IMG/VR virus record: IMGVR_UViG_3300035673_000002
Span: 8,831 to 72,830 of that record
Length of the DNA: 64,000 nt
Origin: a virus
Taxonomy: Duplodnaviria; Caudoviricetes
Direction: 5' to 3' (one strand)
Both the position numbers and the translations under genes were made by a program. Positions 63,330-64,000 of this stretch are shown here, one piece after another. The first letter of the stretch is position 1; each line of letters starts with the position of its first letter. The notes beneath the pieces were generated by a model. The model worked only from the letters and a program-made list of their open reading frames with translations. It had not been told where the DNA came from and ran no database searches.

Positions 63330-63617
63330 TCAACCCGGTGGCAGCGGGCACACCTTGCGCTCGCGGAGCATCCACACGTTCTTCTGGCCCCACGGATTGG
63401 TGATGAGCGAGCAGTAGCTTGGGACCGGACTTCGGTTGCAGTCCTGAATGTAGATCGTCTGCGTGCGGGTGCAGCCACTGTCGTCTACGCAAACCCTGTC
63501 GTTAGTGCAGGATGGTCGCCCGTCGCCGCACGTCTCCGCAGGCGGCGTATTGCAAGATGGAGCCGACTCCGCGAGCGCCGGGCTCGACAACAGCAGGAAC
63601 AGAAGCAATACGCGCAT
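63330..63617 (-). CDS. Secreted 8-Cys mini-protein
   Basis: MRVLLLFLLLSSPALA|ES; 8 Cys in 79 mature residues. Confidence 0.65.
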   Translation of the reverse strand: MRVLLLFLLLSSPALAESAPSCNTPPAETCGDGRPSCTNDRVCVDDSGCTRTQTIYIQDCNRSPVPSYCSLITNPWGQKNVWMLRERKVCPLPPG

Positions 63618-63633
63618 TGGGGAATTTTTCCTT

Positions 63634-64000
63634 TTATGGGGGATTTGCTTGACAGCCAGTGGCAGCCGAGCCCGCCGTCAGCGAGACTGGATAAGTTGTC
63701 GTGAGTGAGATGACGGCGTTCGTGCCGCAGGCGTATTTCGCCCCTGAAGGGTTGGCGCCCGACCAGGTCACAGGTCCGGAGATCACGCCCGCACCGCTGG
63801 CGTTGAAAAAGTTGGTAAAGCCTCCGGTGATGACGTTGATGGTCACGGCTAGATCGGCGTTCGCGCTGTTGGCGGTCACGAACGCCGAACCAGCCGATCC
63901 GTTGATAATAGTAGTCCCGGTGATGTTCATCTTGCATCGTTCGGCCATCGAGTACGGGAAGCCGTTGCCGATAGAGTTGAACTGCATTGCGGATACGTCG
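63634..64000 (-). CDS. C-terminal part of a tail fibre/spike-like protein (runs off the window)
   Basis: N/G/T/S-rich beta-helix-like sequence ending SLTAGSAATGCQANPP. Confidence 0.55.
   Translation of the reverse strand, partial: DVSAMQFNSIGNGFPYSMAERCKMNITGTTIINGSAGSAFVTANSANADLAVTINVITGGFTNFFNASGAGVISGPVTWSGANPSGAKYACGTNAVISLTTTYPVSLTAGSAATGCQANPP

Noticed and set aside
1-64000. Integrase/att sites, tRNA genes, stop-codon recoding
   Set aside because: No recombinase motifs or cloverleafs seen; all core genes are intact under the standard code. The window is partial, so absence from the whole genome is not shown.

Overview
A 64-kb segment of a high-GC tailed-phage genome (myovirus morphology, Bcep781/PB1/Aaphi23-like head and sheath gene families), most likely infecting an Alphaproteobacterium (GcrA homologue, GapR-like protein, chromosomal-type parS). 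Layout: 1-26.7 kb minus-strand packaging/head/neck/tail genes; 27.1-31.2 kb plus-strand early genes; 31.3-45.4 kb minus-strand DNA-methylation, accessory and replication genes; 46.0-57.7 kb plus-strand recombination/ParB genes; 57.8-64 kb minus-strand lysis and fibre genes. I saw no integrase, tRNA, CRISPR array or reverse transcriptase; baseplate and tape-measure genes lie outside the window. Family names come from motifs I recognise, not from database searches. Most unusual observations: (1) at least eight late-region proteins, including fibre/spike-like virion proteins, carry classical Sec-type signal peptides (mostly A-x-A|Q) and paired cysteines; (2) two of them, 58 kb apart, end in the same 23-aa C-terminal motif (LL[KR]RDL[DE]PAANDNTP.F.D..A), suggesting an undescribed export-and-attach route for virion decoration; (3) portal, MuF, prohead protease and small neighbouring genes carry passenger domains delimited by A-[MQ]-D-type sites like the one in the capsid propeptide, suggesting protease-released capsid cargo; (4) one ~65-aa Thr/Gly-rich module occurs seven times in four different structural proteins; (5) several cis elements: an iteron-like array, a parS-like site, a duplicated promoter block, and a hairpin+CAAACC leader motif.
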